NCBI GenBank assembly: GCA_964459155.1
Contig: CAYWKF010000014.1
Span: forward strand, 7,304-71,303
Reading direction: 5' to 3'
DNA: 64,000 nucleotides
Origin: an uncultured Desulfobacterales bacterium
Lineage (GTDB): Bacteria > Desulfobacterota > Dissulfuribacteria > Dissulfuribacterales > JALVPX01
The position numbers and the translations under genes are program-made. Shown piece by piece: positions 1 to 8,876 of the stretch. Numbering within the stretch: the stretch's first letter is position 1; each line of letters begins with the position of its first letter. The notes beneath the pieces were generated by a model. It was given only the letters and a program-made list of their open reading frames with translations. It made no database searches and was not told the DNA's origin.

Positions 1-491
1 GACGCAAAACATATGGTTTTACCAAATTTCCCATAATAAAGGGGTTTTATGCCCAATCTATCTCTTACAAGAAACAATTTTTTTTCTTTTTTATCCCACA
101 AACCAAAAGCAAACATACCAATAAATCGTTCGATGGCTTCTTGAAGTCCCCAATGCTCAATTGAGGTCAATAGCACCTCAGTATCAGACGAACTCTGAAA
201 CGCGTAGTCATACCCCTCTAATTCCTTACGCAACTCTATATAATTGTATATCTCACCATTAAATGTGATGACAAAACGTCCGGAAGACGAAACCATGGGC
301 TGTTGTCCAGCAGAACTGCAATCGAGTATTGCCAGGCGGTTGTGCCCTAATATGACGGGAGCTTCTTTGTCAATCCACAATCCCGTGCTGTCTGGACCGC
401 GATGCTCTTGGGTTCTCAAGGCACCTTGGCACAGCTTCACAGCATCGTCCATGTTATCGTTAAATTGTAAGTATCCAAATATTCCGCACAT
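1..491 (-). CDS. asparagine synthase (glutamine-hydrolysing) family amidotransferase, N-terminal part; the gene runs off the left edge
   Basis: This gene is absent from the ORF track because no stop codon lies inside the window. My minus-strand translation from the ATG at 491..489 reads MCGIFGYLQFNDNMDDAVKLCQGALRTQEHRGPDSTGLWIDKEAPVILGHNRLAILDCSSAGQQPMVSSSGRFVITFNGEIYNYIELRKELEGYDYAFQSSSDTEVLLTSIEHWGLQEAIERFIGMFAFGLWDKKEKKLFLVRDRLGIKPLYYGK. It starts Met-Cys-Gly-Ile like a class-II glutaminase and has AsnB-type motifs (HRGPD, NGEIYN, SDTEVLL, RDRLGIKPLYY). Confidence 0.85.
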   Translation of the reverse strand, partial: MCGIFGYLQFNDNMDDAVKLCQGALRTQEHRGPDSTGLWIDKEAPVILGHNRLAILDCSSAGQQPMVSSSGRFVITFNGEIYNYIELRKELEGYDYAFQSSSDTEVLLTSIEHWGLQEAIERFIGMFAFGLWDKKEKKLFLVRDRLGIKPLYYGKFGKTICFA

Positions 492-515
492 TTCAGATGT
501 TAAATTTGAATTGAA

Positions 516-1439
516 TCACACTTTATTCCAATGGGACAAGTCTATGTTTATTAATTGAGACAATTTTTCCACTTCGTTTTTATAATGTTCAACAACTCTT
601 GCTTTAACCAAGGGATGCATTGGCTTCCTATTTGTTTCAAAGGTATTTATACGCCTTATAACAGAGCTAATTCCTATACGATTGAGCCCTAGTGTCTTTT
701 TTAGTGAATTAATTAGCTCTCTGTTCTTATGAATTATAACAGTAACTTTTTGAATGCGTTTTGATCTAATCCCTTTGTTTGGATTCATTGGGAGAAAAGA
801 TGTCTTTTTATAAAATGGTACATTCAAAAAAAATTGTACATCTCGGTATACCTGAGAGGTGTTTTTTATAAATTCATCAAATAATATTATCTTTACCTGA
901 TTTTTAGGGAAATATCGATATACACGTTTCAACTGTTCATGATATTTTGCAACTTCTGAATAGAATAAGTTTGGCACATGATATACGTTTTTTGGAATCG
1001 CCTTTCCCCTTTTTCTGAGTGGCTCAAGATCCCACGCTTTTTCAAAATCTTTTTCATCCTCCTGTAAGTTGAAACACTGTTGGGAATGTAATGAATAGAC
1101 CATATCAACAGGTTTCCTTAACATGACAATCAACTTTGCTTTTTCGTTGAAAATAGCAATGTTTTCAATAGCTTTTTGGGAATACATATACCATACTGAA
1201 GCTTCACCAACAGCAGTTTGCCCTGGATTGACATCTTTAAACAAATCAAAATAATCATGGGCTGTCTCAACTGCACGATGATATATCATATCAGAAGCGA
1301 AATAATGTGGTTCTTTTGGAGTTGAAATAAAAACGTTTGGATGTTCATTGAGATATTCCGCAAGTGCCGTAGTTCCACATTTAGGAGCGCCGATGATGAA
1401 AAAATTTGGTTCTTTGAGCACTTGATTAACTCCTTTCAA
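516..1439 (-). CDS. sulfotransferase family protein
   Basis: The 307-aa ORF has an N-terminal PAPS-binding loop FIIGAPKCGTTAL and a later RKPVDMVYSLHSQ motif, both typical of the sulfotransferase fold. It overlaps the upstream flippase ORF by 14 nt, which suggests one operon. Confidence 0.75.
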   Translation of the reverse strand: MKGVNQVLKEPNFFIIGAPKCGTTALAEYLNEHPNVFISTPKEPHYFASDMIYHRAVETAHDYFDLFKDVNPGQTAVGEASVWYMYSQKAIENIAIFNEKAKLIVMLRKPVDMVYSLHSQQCFNLQEDEKDFEKAWDLEPLRKRGKAIPKNVYHVPNLFYSEVAKYHEQLKRVYRYFPKNQVKIILFDEFIKNTSQVYRDVQFFLNVPFYKKTSFLPMNPNKGIRSKRIQKVTVIIHKNRELINSLKKTLGLNRIGISSVIRRINTFETNRKPMHPLVKARVVEHYKNEVEKLSQLINIDLSHWNKV

Positions 1440-2955
1440 ACCTCTTTATTTTACAACATCTTTTTACCACGTCTATGAAAAAAGATTTATCTTCTTTGCT
1501 TGAACCCCATTGATACCATAGGAAAATAAATAATGAAATATTGACCATAGCACAGATAAGCAGACTAAAGATGTCGTTGGTTCCATCCTTTTCAATAATA
1601 TTCGAGATTATTTTACAAAAAGAATATGAGATGCTAAAGAAAATAAATGGAATAATATAACCACTTTTGAATAAAGAAAATATATCTAATGTTATAAGTT
1701 TACTGCATATAATCAACTGCAATATTCCACAAGAAAAGTATCCGGTGGTTAATCCTATAGTAACGGCTATATATGGATTTTTTGTAAATGCAAAAATGAG
1801 CAAAATCAGCGACAAGGGTATAACGACCAAAGTTAAGAAATATATTTTTACAACAGAATCAATTTTTCCAAGACCTTTAAGCATATGGTGAGCAACAGAT
1901 GTGCTCTCTCTAAAGCAAGTAGATGCGAAAATTACTGTCATATGTGGAATAAGAAAAGTATATTGGTCACCGACCCATAATTTTATAGAAGGGCTAAGCA
2001 AAAACAAAATAAAAATGAAAGATATAAATACCAATACTGCTATGTATCTTACTCCCCTAACTAAAATTTGTTTTAGTACATTTTGATTATCTATAGCTTC
2101 ATAGGCACTAGTTGCAGGCATTATTGTAACAGCCAAAGGGTTAACAATTTGTGATAATAATATAGATGGCGTAAGCATGATAACCATGTGTGTTACAAAT
2201 ATTGGCGAAGACAACCAGTTCATAAGCCAACGCAAACCACTAGAGTTTGCAGCTAAACATATAGACGCAAAAATAATTCCAGTGCCATAGCTCAATATCA
2301 AATAAAAATTATGCTTATTGAATAGGGCTAGACGGTTAGTAAGACCAGGTATGATGCGATATGCAAAAGGAACTTGAACCGCCTTGGACAGAAATAGCAT
2401 TAATCCCATAATAACAATAAGTAGATTTACAGATGATTTATAGAAGTGAAATACAAAAATAACAACAATAAGACCTATATATTTAAATAACGTATCGCTG
2501 ATAGCTCCGATATAATAACATTGTTTAGCCTGAATCAGGGCGATATAGGGAGTAAGTGGTACAATTAATACAATAAAAAAAGATATGATTATTAGGGGGA
2601 TGCGCATGTTAGATATTTGGTTAGAACTCAGAAAACTGAGTGAAAAAAGAATAAATCCAATAGTGATAGCTATACCACAAGAAAAGACAAAACTAGAACT
2701 TAATGTTTTGTTAATTTCCTCCGTCTTGTCCTGAGCTAAAAATGCAGCACTATATTTCACTACGCCAGCCTGCAGTGATCTCTGCAAGGTATCGACCGCT
2801 AAAAGTAACGACCATACTAAAGCATAGATACCATAACCTGAGTTTCCAATTCTTGATATGAGATATGGCACAAGGTATAGCTGTGGAAAAAGCTGAAATA
2901 TTCTCGCAGCCCACATTATAATTGCATTGATAGCTATTATGGAAGATTGGCGCAC
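1426..2955 (-). CDS. polysaccharide biosynthesis / MOP (Wzx-like) flippase family membrane protein
   Basis: The 509-aa ORF is hydrophobic almost throughout, with many TM-length stretches, and is AT-rich. The family call rests on topology, size and the neighbouring sulfotransferase and amidotransferase, not on a diagnostic motif. The start is uncertain; Met14 at 2916 is an alternative. Confidence 0.55.
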   Translation of the reverse strand: MRQSSIIAINAIIMWAARIFQLFPQLYLVPYLISRIGNSGYGIYALVWSLLLAVDTLQRSLQAGVVKYSAAFLAQDKTEEINKTLSSSFVFSCGIAITIGFILFSLSFLSSNQISNMRIPLIIISFFIVLIVPLTPYIALIQAKQCYYIGAISDTLFKYIGLIVVIFVFHFYKSSVNLLIVIMGLMLFLSKAVQVPFAYRIIPGLTNRLALFNKHNFYLILSYGTGIIFASICLAANSSGLRWLMNWLSSPIFVTHMVIMLTPSILLSQIVNPLAVTIMPATSAYEAIDNQNVLKQILVRGVRYIAVLVFISFIFILFLLSPSIKLWVGDQYTFLIPHMTVIFASTCFRESTSVAHHMLKGLGKIDSVVKIYFLTLVVIPLSLILLIFAFTKNPYIAVTIGLTTGYFSCGILQLIICSKLITLDIFSLFKSGYIIPFIFFSISYSFCKIISNIIEKDGTNDIFSLLICAMVNISLFIFLWYQWGSSKEDKSFFIDVVKRCCKIKRFERS

Positions 2956-3037
2956 TTTTAAAAATCTAAGAGATACAGTAAAGTGAGTGAGCTTAGATGC
3001 AAGGGTTTTTTGTATTCAATTTTTTCTCTAATATTTA

Positions 3038-4201
3038 TTACAATACCTTTTTCATCCGATCCACGGCCTCTTCCAACCTTTCTTTTGACACAGTAAGGGC
3101 AAAGCGAACATATCCCTCACCAGGTTCTCCAAAGCCGTTACCAGGTGTGCAGACTATGCCAGCTTTTTCCAAAAGCAGGGCACAGAATGAGGCAGAGTCA
3201 TAGCCGGAAGGCACTTTTGTCCATACGTAAAATGTGGCTTTGGGTAACGGGGCATCCAGGCCTATGGAACGAAGCCCATCAACGAGTACGTTTCGCCTTT
3301 CCATGTAAAGCCTTTGCATCTCTTTCACACACCTCTGATCACTGCAAAGGGCAGCCATGGCCGCTTCCTGAATAGCCTCGAACTGGCCTGAGTCCACATT
3401 CCCTTTCACCTTTGCCAAGGCCCCAATCAGCTCCTTGTTGCCTACAGCAAAGCCTATTCTCCAACCTGTCATATTATAAGTTTTCGATAAAGAATGAAAC
3501 TCCATGCCCACATCCATTGCGCCTTGGGTTTCCAAGAAGCTGGGTGCAATATAACCATCATAAGTCATTTCCGAGTAGGCTGCATCATGGCACACAATTA
3601 TGTTGTTATTCTTGGCAAATTCTACAACATGTTCAAAAAAATCAGAAGGAGCTATTGCTGCCGTTGGGTTGTTGGGATAGTTAAGCCACAGGATCTTTGC
3701 ACGTTTAAGTATGTCTTGAGGTATAGAATCAAGGTCTGGAAGGAAGTTGTTTTTTTCTACAAGGGGCAGGTAATATGTCTCTCCACCGGTGAAAAGGGTT
3801 CCTATGTGGTAAACGGGATAGCCTGGGGTTGGCACCAAGACCACATCGCCTGGATCGACAAACGCCAAAGGGAAATGTGCAATGGCCTCTTTTGAACCAA
3901 TAAGGCAGCATACTTGAGAGGCAGGATCAAGGTGAAGACCAAAGCGTTTCTTGCACCAATCAGCCGCTGCCTGGCGGAAGGGCATCATACCTACAGAAGA
4001 CGGATAGCGGTGATATGCTGGGTTTCTGATTGCCTCAGCCATTTTATCCACTATAAACTGAGGTGTTGGGGTGTCTGGATCGCCAATGCCCAGGTCGATT
4101 ACATCCACACCTTTGGCAATTGCTTCCGCCTTTTTTTTGTCCAATTCCACAAACAGATATGGTGGCAGTGCCTTGAGCCGGTGTGCAAGATCAAAATCCA
4201 T
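3038..4201 (-). CDS. dapL: LL-diaminopimelate aminotransferase (class I/II PLP aminotransferase)
   Basis: The 387-aa ORF is a fold-type I aminotransferase with the motifs LPPYLF, DLGIGDPD, NYPNNPT and SLSKTYNMTGWRIG (PLP Lys). It lies in an operon with dapA, dapB, dapF and lysA, and no dapD/C/E is present here. The specificity is inferred from context. Confidence 0.7.
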   Translation of the reverse strand: MDFDLAHRLKALPPYLFVELDKKKAEAIAKGVDVIDLGIGDPDTPTPQFIVDKMAEAIRNPAYHRYPSSVGMMPFRQAAADWCKKRFGLHLDPASQVCCLIGSKEAIAHFPLAFVDPGDVVLVPTPGYPVYHIGTLFTGGETYYLPLVEKNNFLPDLDSIPQDILKRAKILWLNYPNNPTAAIAPSDFFEHVVEFAKNNNIIVCHDAAYSEMTYDGYIAPSFLETQGAMDVGMEFHSLSKTYNMTGWRIGFAVGNKELIGALAKVKGNVDSGQFEAIQEAAMAALCSDQRCVKEMQRLYMERRNVLVDGLRSIGLDAPLPKATFYVWTKVPSGYDSASFCALLLEKAGIVCTPGNGFGEPGEGYVRFALTVSKERLEEAVDRMKKVL

Positions 4202-4215
4202 GATTTTCGTCCTTC

Positions 4216-4977
4216 CTATGCAACATTGTTTTTCAAATCGCCAATATTTTCAATCGAAACCACGATTTCGTCACCCGGCGACATTTTCCCAACACCTACT
4301 GGTGTTCCAGTGGCAATTACATCGCCAGGTTCAAGCGTCATTATGGTCGAAATAAAGCTGACCAGCTCATATGGATTGTATATGAGCTGATTGGTATTCG
4401 AATCCTGCCTAGTCTCGCCATTCAATCTCGATCTAATCCTCAGATTGCAGGGATCCAATTCTGTGACAATCCAGGGGCCCAACGGGCAGAAGGTGTCAAA
4501 ACTCTTTGATCGTGTAAACTGGACATCTTTTTTTTGAAGGTCCCTTGCTGTAACATCATTTAAGCAAGTATAACCCAATATATAATGAACCGCCTCTTCT
4601 GGCCCAACGTCCTTACACCGCCTTCCCATTACCACTGCCAGTTCTGCTTCATAGTCAACCTGGTTGCTCATGGGAGGCAGTTTGATCGTGTCTTCAGGGC
4701 CGATCACTGACGAAGGAGGCTTCAAAAATATGAGAGGTTCGTCTGGCAGTTCCATACCTAGTTCCCGTGCATGATCCCTGTAATTGAGGCCAACAGCCAC
4801 TATTTTTGTGGGAGTGCATGGAGGAAGAAGCCGGACCAGTGTTTCAGAATAGACTCCATTATCCTCGTCAATGGAATCTTCAAAAGGCCCTCTTAAGAGA
4901 GCCTTGATACCTTCGTCCGTAAAGATCCCATATCGAGGCAATTTGTTGTCGTCAGTGGTAAAACGTACAAATTTCAT
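4216..4977 (-). CDS. fumarylacetoacetate hydrolase (FAH) family protein
   Basis: The 253-aa ORF carries FAH-fold motifs: VGLNYRDHA, DYEAELAVVMG, CLNDVTARDLQ, KSFDTFCPLGP and PGDVIATGTPVGVG. Confidence 0.8.
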   Translation of the reverse strand: MKFVRFTTDDNKLPRYGIFTDEGIKALLRGPFEDSIDEDNGVYSETLVRLLPPCTPTKIVAVGLNYRDHARELGMELPDEPLIFLKPPSSVIGPEDTIKLPPMSNQVDYEAELAVVMGRRCKDVGPEEAVHYILGYTCLNDVTARDLQKKDVQFTRSKSFDTFCPLGPWIVTELDPCNLRIRSRLNGETRQDSNTNQLIYNPYELVSFISTIMTLEPGDVIATGTPVGVGKMSPGDEIVVSIENIGDLKNNVA

Positions 4978-4989
4978 ACACTATAGGAG

Positions 4990-5811
4990 CTAATCCTTAA
5001 GGCCCAATACGTCCTGCATATCGTACAATCCAGGCGGCTGGTTCACTATCCATTTTGCCGCGCGGACGGCCCCTTTTGCAAATGTATCCCTGCTAGATGC
5101 CTTGTGAACCAATTCGATGCGTTCTCCTATGCCGCCAAATAATACGGTATGCTCTCCAACTATATCTCCTGCCCTGACGGTTTGAATGCCTATTTCCTCT
5201 TTAGAACGTTCGCCTATGTTTCCATACCGTTCGTAAACGGCCACTGTGTCAAAGTCGCGTTCCAGGGCTGCAGCCGCTACCCTTCCCAATTGAAGGGCTG
5301 TACCGCTTGGTGCGTCCTTTTTCATGCGGTGATGCGCTTCAACTATTTCAATGTCATAGTCATCACCAAGGACTTTGGCGGCTGTTTCCACCAGCTTGTA
5401 TAGCAGATTCACTCCCACGCTCATGTTTGGAGCCAATACGACAGGAAACTCTTTGGCAAGCTCGGCTATTTTTTCCAGCTCACTTTTTGAAAATCCTGTG
5501 GTGCCTATGACCATGGGTTTCTTGGCTTGGCTGGCTGTCTTAGCATGTTTTACCGTGGCCTCGTGGAATGTAAAATCAATCAAAACATCGCCTTGGTCTA
5601 TTACTTCATCAAGATTGTCCGCAACTGTTATACCCGACTCTGGCAGCCCGGCAAGGGCAGTGGCGTCCTTGCCTACGGCTGGACTGTCTGGATGTTCGAA
5701 GGCCGCGCCCAGGGTTATCCCCTCCGCTTCAGAGACCATGGCGATGATACGCCCTCCCATCCTTCCTCCTGCACCTGCTACTATTGCTTTGACTGGATTG
5801 TCACTGCTCAT
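4990..5811 (-). CDS. dapB: 4-hydroxy-tetrahydrodipicolinate reductase
   Basis: The 273-aa ORF has the Rossmann motif GAGGRMG, the DapB signature EIVEAHHRMKKDAPSGTA, and HKASSRDTFAKGAVRAAKW. Confidence 0.92.
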   Translation of the reverse strand: MSSDNPVKAIVAGAGGRMGGRIIAMVSEAEGITLGAAFEHPDSPAVGKDATALAGLPESGITVADNLDEVIDQGDVLIDFTFHEATVKHAKTASQAKKPMVIGTTGFSKSELEKIAELAKEFPVVLAPNMSVGVNLLYKLVETAAKVLGDDYDIEIVEAHHRMKKDAPSGTALQLGRVAAAALERDFDTVAVYERYGNIGERSKEEIGIQTVRAGDIVGEHTVLFGGIGERIELVHKASSRDTFAKGAVRAAKWIVNQPPGLYDMQDVLGLKD

Positions 5812-5812
5812 T

Positions 5813-6706
5813 TTACAACACCCCCACTGACTTCATTACTTGCATGAGCCTCTCTTTATTTGCTTGACTCATTGGGGCAAGAGGAAGCCTTACTTCATCA
5901 GAAGGTATCTTGCCCATCATGGCCAGGGCTGTCTTAGCAGGTACAGGATTGGTTTCATAAAAGAGGGCGCCAAAGAGCGGGAAGAGTTTGTAGTGTATTT
6001 CTTTGGCCTTAGATATCTCTCCGCTATTCCAGGCATTCATCATTTCGGCCATCTCTTTTGGCATTACGTTGGAGCATACAGAAATAACCCCCTTGCCGCC
6101 GACTGCCATGGTCGGAAACGCTGTAAAGTCATCGCCAGAAAGGACTATGAAATCATCCGGACATTGCAAAACAACCTGCGAAATTTGGTTCAAGCTGCCT
6201 GTGGCCTCTTTGATCGCTACTACATATTCGCTCTCCTTGGCACAGCGAGCCACTGTTTCTGGAAGCATGTTCACACTTGTGCGGCCTGGGACGTTGTAAA
6301 GAACCATAGGAAACTTGCATTCGTCTGCCACCTTCATGAAGTGCTGGTATAGCCCTTCCTGTGTCGGTTTGTTGTAATAGGGCGTAATAACCAAGGCTGC
6401 GTCTGCGCCTGCATCTTTGGCATGTCTGGTAAGCATAATGGTTTCAGCGGTGGAATTGGAACCCGTGCCAGCTATTACCGGAACCCTTCCTTTTACCGTT
6501 TCTATGGTCAGCTCCACCACGCGTTTGTGTTCATCGTGGCTGAGCGTGGCAGATTCTCCTGTGGTTCCGCAGGGCACTATGCAATGTGTGCCAGATTCTA
6601 TGTGCCATTCGATGAGATTCCTAAGTGTATCTTCATCTACCTTGCCATCTTTGAAAGGTGTAATTATTGCTACAATGGCCCCGCCGATTTTATCTGTTTT
6701 CGACAT
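5813..6706 (-). CDS. dapA: 4-hydroxy-tetrahydrodipicolinate synthase
   Basis: The 297-aa ORF has the motifs GTTGESATLS, PYYNKPTQEG, LYNVPGRT and the Schiff-base Lys region AIKEATG. Confidence 0.93.
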   Translation of the reverse strand: MSKTDKIGGAIVAIITPFKDGKVDEDTLRNLIEWHIESGTHCIVPCGTTGESATLSHDEHKRVVELTIETVKGRVPVIAGTGSNSTAETIMLTRHAKDAGADAALVITPYYNKPTQEGLYQHFMKVADECKFPMVLYNVPGRTSVNMLPETVARCAKESEYVVAIKEATGSLNQISQVVLQCPDDFIVLSGDDFTAFPTMAVGGKGVISVCSNVMPKEMAEMMNAWNSGEISKAKEIHYKLFPLFGALFYETNPVPAKTALAMMGKIPSDEVRLPLAPMSQANKERLMQVMKSVGVL

Positions 6707-6786
6707 GAATTTGAACCTCCCCCAGTAAAATATAACTCAACCTGTTTCCGTGCATTCTTAAACACTTTTTGCAAAGTGGGCAAGAC

Positions 6787-7614
6787 TCAACCAACATCTC
6801 CATCCATTATCCCAGTATAGACATGAACAGCCCCACCTTCCAAAAAGACCTCCGTGAATTCCTGGTCCTGCATATCAAAATAGATGGTCAGCTCTTCATT
6901 GCCCCATGTGGTTACCTTTGTGGGACTCTTAACAAACCCTTTTAAGGCAGAAATAAGGGCGCTTGCCACTGCACCGGTGCCACAGGCTAGTGTTTCATCC
7001 TCTACACCGCGTTCATATGTGCGTATCAAGATATGGTGCTCATCCTTTATTTGTACAAAATCAACATTGGTTCCTTCAGGGGCGAAGAGATCATCGTACC
7101 TTATGAGCCTACCCCATTCGAATACCGGGACATGGTCCAAATCTTCGGTTAGCACCACCGCATGGGGCACTCCTGTATTGATATAGTCAATGGTGAGCTC
7201 ATCCAGGCCTGTGGAAAATTTAATATCCAGTCTCAGATCCGAGGGTTTGGTCATTTCCAGCTTCACCTGTTTGTCTCTTACTTCAGCCCTTATAATGCCT
7301 GCCAAGGTCTCAAAACTGAGCTTCTCTCCGCATATTCCTTTCATAAAAGCAAATCTGGCAGCACATCTGCCTCCATTTCCACACATTTCAGCCTCGCTAC
7401 CATCTGCATTGAAGAAATACCATTTGAAGTCTGCTTTTTGTGAATTTTCGATAAGTATGAAGCCGTCAGCTCCAATACCAAAGCGGCGCCTACACCATTT
7501 TCTTGCCTTGTATGGCACTTCGGAATGTTTTATTAACCGTTCCCGGTTGTCGACTAATATGAAATCATTGCCGCTTCCGTGCATTTTGATGAATTCGACA
7601 TTCTTTTTCATCAA
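6787..7614 (-). CDS. dapF: diaminopimelate epimerase
   Basis: The 275-aa ORF has MHGSGNDFILVD, both catalytic Cys regions (EMCGNGGRC and LACGTGAVA), and a 4-nt overlap with lysA. Confidence 0.92.
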   Translation of the reverse strand: MMKKNVEFIKMHGSGNDFILVDNRERLIKHSEVPYKARKWCRRRFGIGADGFILIENSQKADFKWYFFNADGSEAEMCGNGGRCAARFAFMKGICGEKLSFETLAGIIRAEVRDKQVKLEMTKPSDLRLDIKFSTGLDELTIDYINTGVPHAVVLTEDLDHVPVFEWGRLIRYDDLFAPEGTNVDFVQIKDEHHILIRTYERGVEDETLACGTGAVASALISALKGFVKSPTKVTTWGNEELTIYFDMQDQEFTEVFLEGGAVHVYTGIMDGDVG

Positions 7615-8864
7615 CCCATCTCCCGAATGGTTTCTCCACGTATGAGATCTTCATAGGTCTCCCTCTTTCTGGCTATCCAAAAGTCGTTTCCAGAGACCAC
7701 CACTTCAGGGGGCCTTGGCCTCGAGTTGTAATTGGAAGACATGGTAAAACCATAGGCTCCTGCGCTCTTTACTGCCAAAAGGTCTCCAGGCCCCATTTGG
7801 GGTAATTCCCGGTCTTTGGCCAGAAAATCCCCGGTTTCACAAATCGGCCCTACGACATCAACGGCCTTCCATGGCACATCCTTTTCTTCAACAGGCACTA
7901 TTTCATGATAAGCCTTGTAAAGGCTTGGCCTTGCCAAGTCGTTCATGGCCGCATCCACTATGTAAAATGTCTTCTCAGGGGTCTCCTTAGTATATATGAG
8001 TCTGGTGACCAGTATGCCTGCGTTGCCTGCTATTGCCCTTCCTGGCTCTACTATCACAGAAAAACCCGTTCCATCCAATATGTCGGCGATAGCCTTGCCA
8101 TATTCTTCAGGAGTCGGTGGGGTTTCATCCTTGTAACGTATTCCAAGACCTCCACCAATATCAATGTATTTGATTCCCACTCCGTCCCTTTTCAAAGCGT
8201 CTGCCACGCGAAGGACCCTCTTGAGCGCATCCGTAAAAGGAGAAAGTTCTGTGATCTGAGAGCCGATATGGCAGCTTATACCAATCACTTCGAGTTCATC
8301 ACGTTGGGCGGCTTTCTTGTACGCCTCATATGCTTCCGCAATGGGAAGGCCGAATTTGTTTATTCTCAACCCCGTTGAGATATAGGGGTGCGTTTTGGGA
8401 TCCACGTCAGGATTGACTCTGAATGATACCCGGGCCTTCTTGCCAAGGTCTGCTGCCATTTCACATATGGCCTCCATTTCTTCCAGAGATTCCATGTTGA
8501 ACATGAGAATTCCTGCCTCCAGTGCTTGCGAAATTTCAGGCCTGGTCTTGCCTACACCGGAATAGACAATTTTTCTTGCCTCGATTTTCGCTTTCAAGGC
8601 CCTGAACAACTCTCCGCCTGATACAATGTCAGCGCCTGCGCCTTGCCTTCCAACAATGTTAAGCACTTGCAGGTTTGAATTAGCCTTTACAGCAAAACAG
8701 ACCAAATGATCCAGATTGGAAAGGGCGTTGTTAAATGCCAACACATGCCTTTTTAGCGTGTTCGCACTGTAAAGATAAAAAGGAGTGCCAACTTTCTCAG
8801 CAATTTTTTCAACTGGTACATCCTCACAATAGAGTTTGCCTGCAACAAAATTGAATAGATCCAT
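7611..8864 (-). CDS. lysA: diaminopimelate decarboxylase
   Basis: The 417-aa ORF is a group IV PLP decarboxylase with the motifs FAVKANSN (PLP Lys), DIGGGLG, EPGRAIAGNAG and GPICETGD. Confidence 0.93.
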   Translation of the reverse strand: MDLFNFVAGKLYCEDVPVEKIAEKVGTPFYLYSANTLKRHVLAFNNALSNLDHLVCFAVKANSNLQVLNIVGRQGAGADIVSGGELFRALKAKIEARKIVYSGVGKTRPEISQALEAGILMFNMESLEEMEAICEMAADLGKKARVSFRVNPDVDPKTHPYISTGLRINKFGLPIAEAYEAYKKAAQRDELEVIGISCHIGSQITELSPFTDALKRVLRVADALKRDGVGIKYIDIGGGLGIRYKDETPPTPEEYGKAIADILDGTGFSVIVEPGRAIAGNAGILVTRLIYTKETPEKTFYIVDAAMNDLARPSLYKAYHEIVPVEEKDVPWKAVDVVGPICETGDFLAKDRELPQMGPGDLLAVKSAGAYGFTMSSNYNSRPRPPEVVVSGNDFWIARKRETYEDLIRGETIREMG

Positions 8865-8876
8865 ATTTTTAAACCC

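Noticed and set aside
244-558. A 104-aa plus-strand ORF from the track.
   Set aside because: It lies entirely antisense to the clearly recognisable AsnB-type N-terminus (minus strand, 1-491) and the sulfotransferase 3' end. It has no motif and no RBS, so I treat it as a shadow ORF.
2964-2998. A hairpin ATCTAAG-N21-CTTAGAT with a T-run (minus strand) as the terminator of the dap operon.
   Set aside because: The stem is AU-rich and only 7 bp, the loop is 21 nt, and the T-tract runs into the annotated flippase start. That is too weak to annotate, so I mention it only as a boundary marker.
8865-8876. A lysine riboswitch or attenuator controlling lysA or the dap genes. I also checked 6707-6786 and 11344-11460.
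   Set aside because: The lysA, dapF and dapA junctions are 12, overlapping and 80 nt respectively. They are too short, and they lack the L-box conserved helices.
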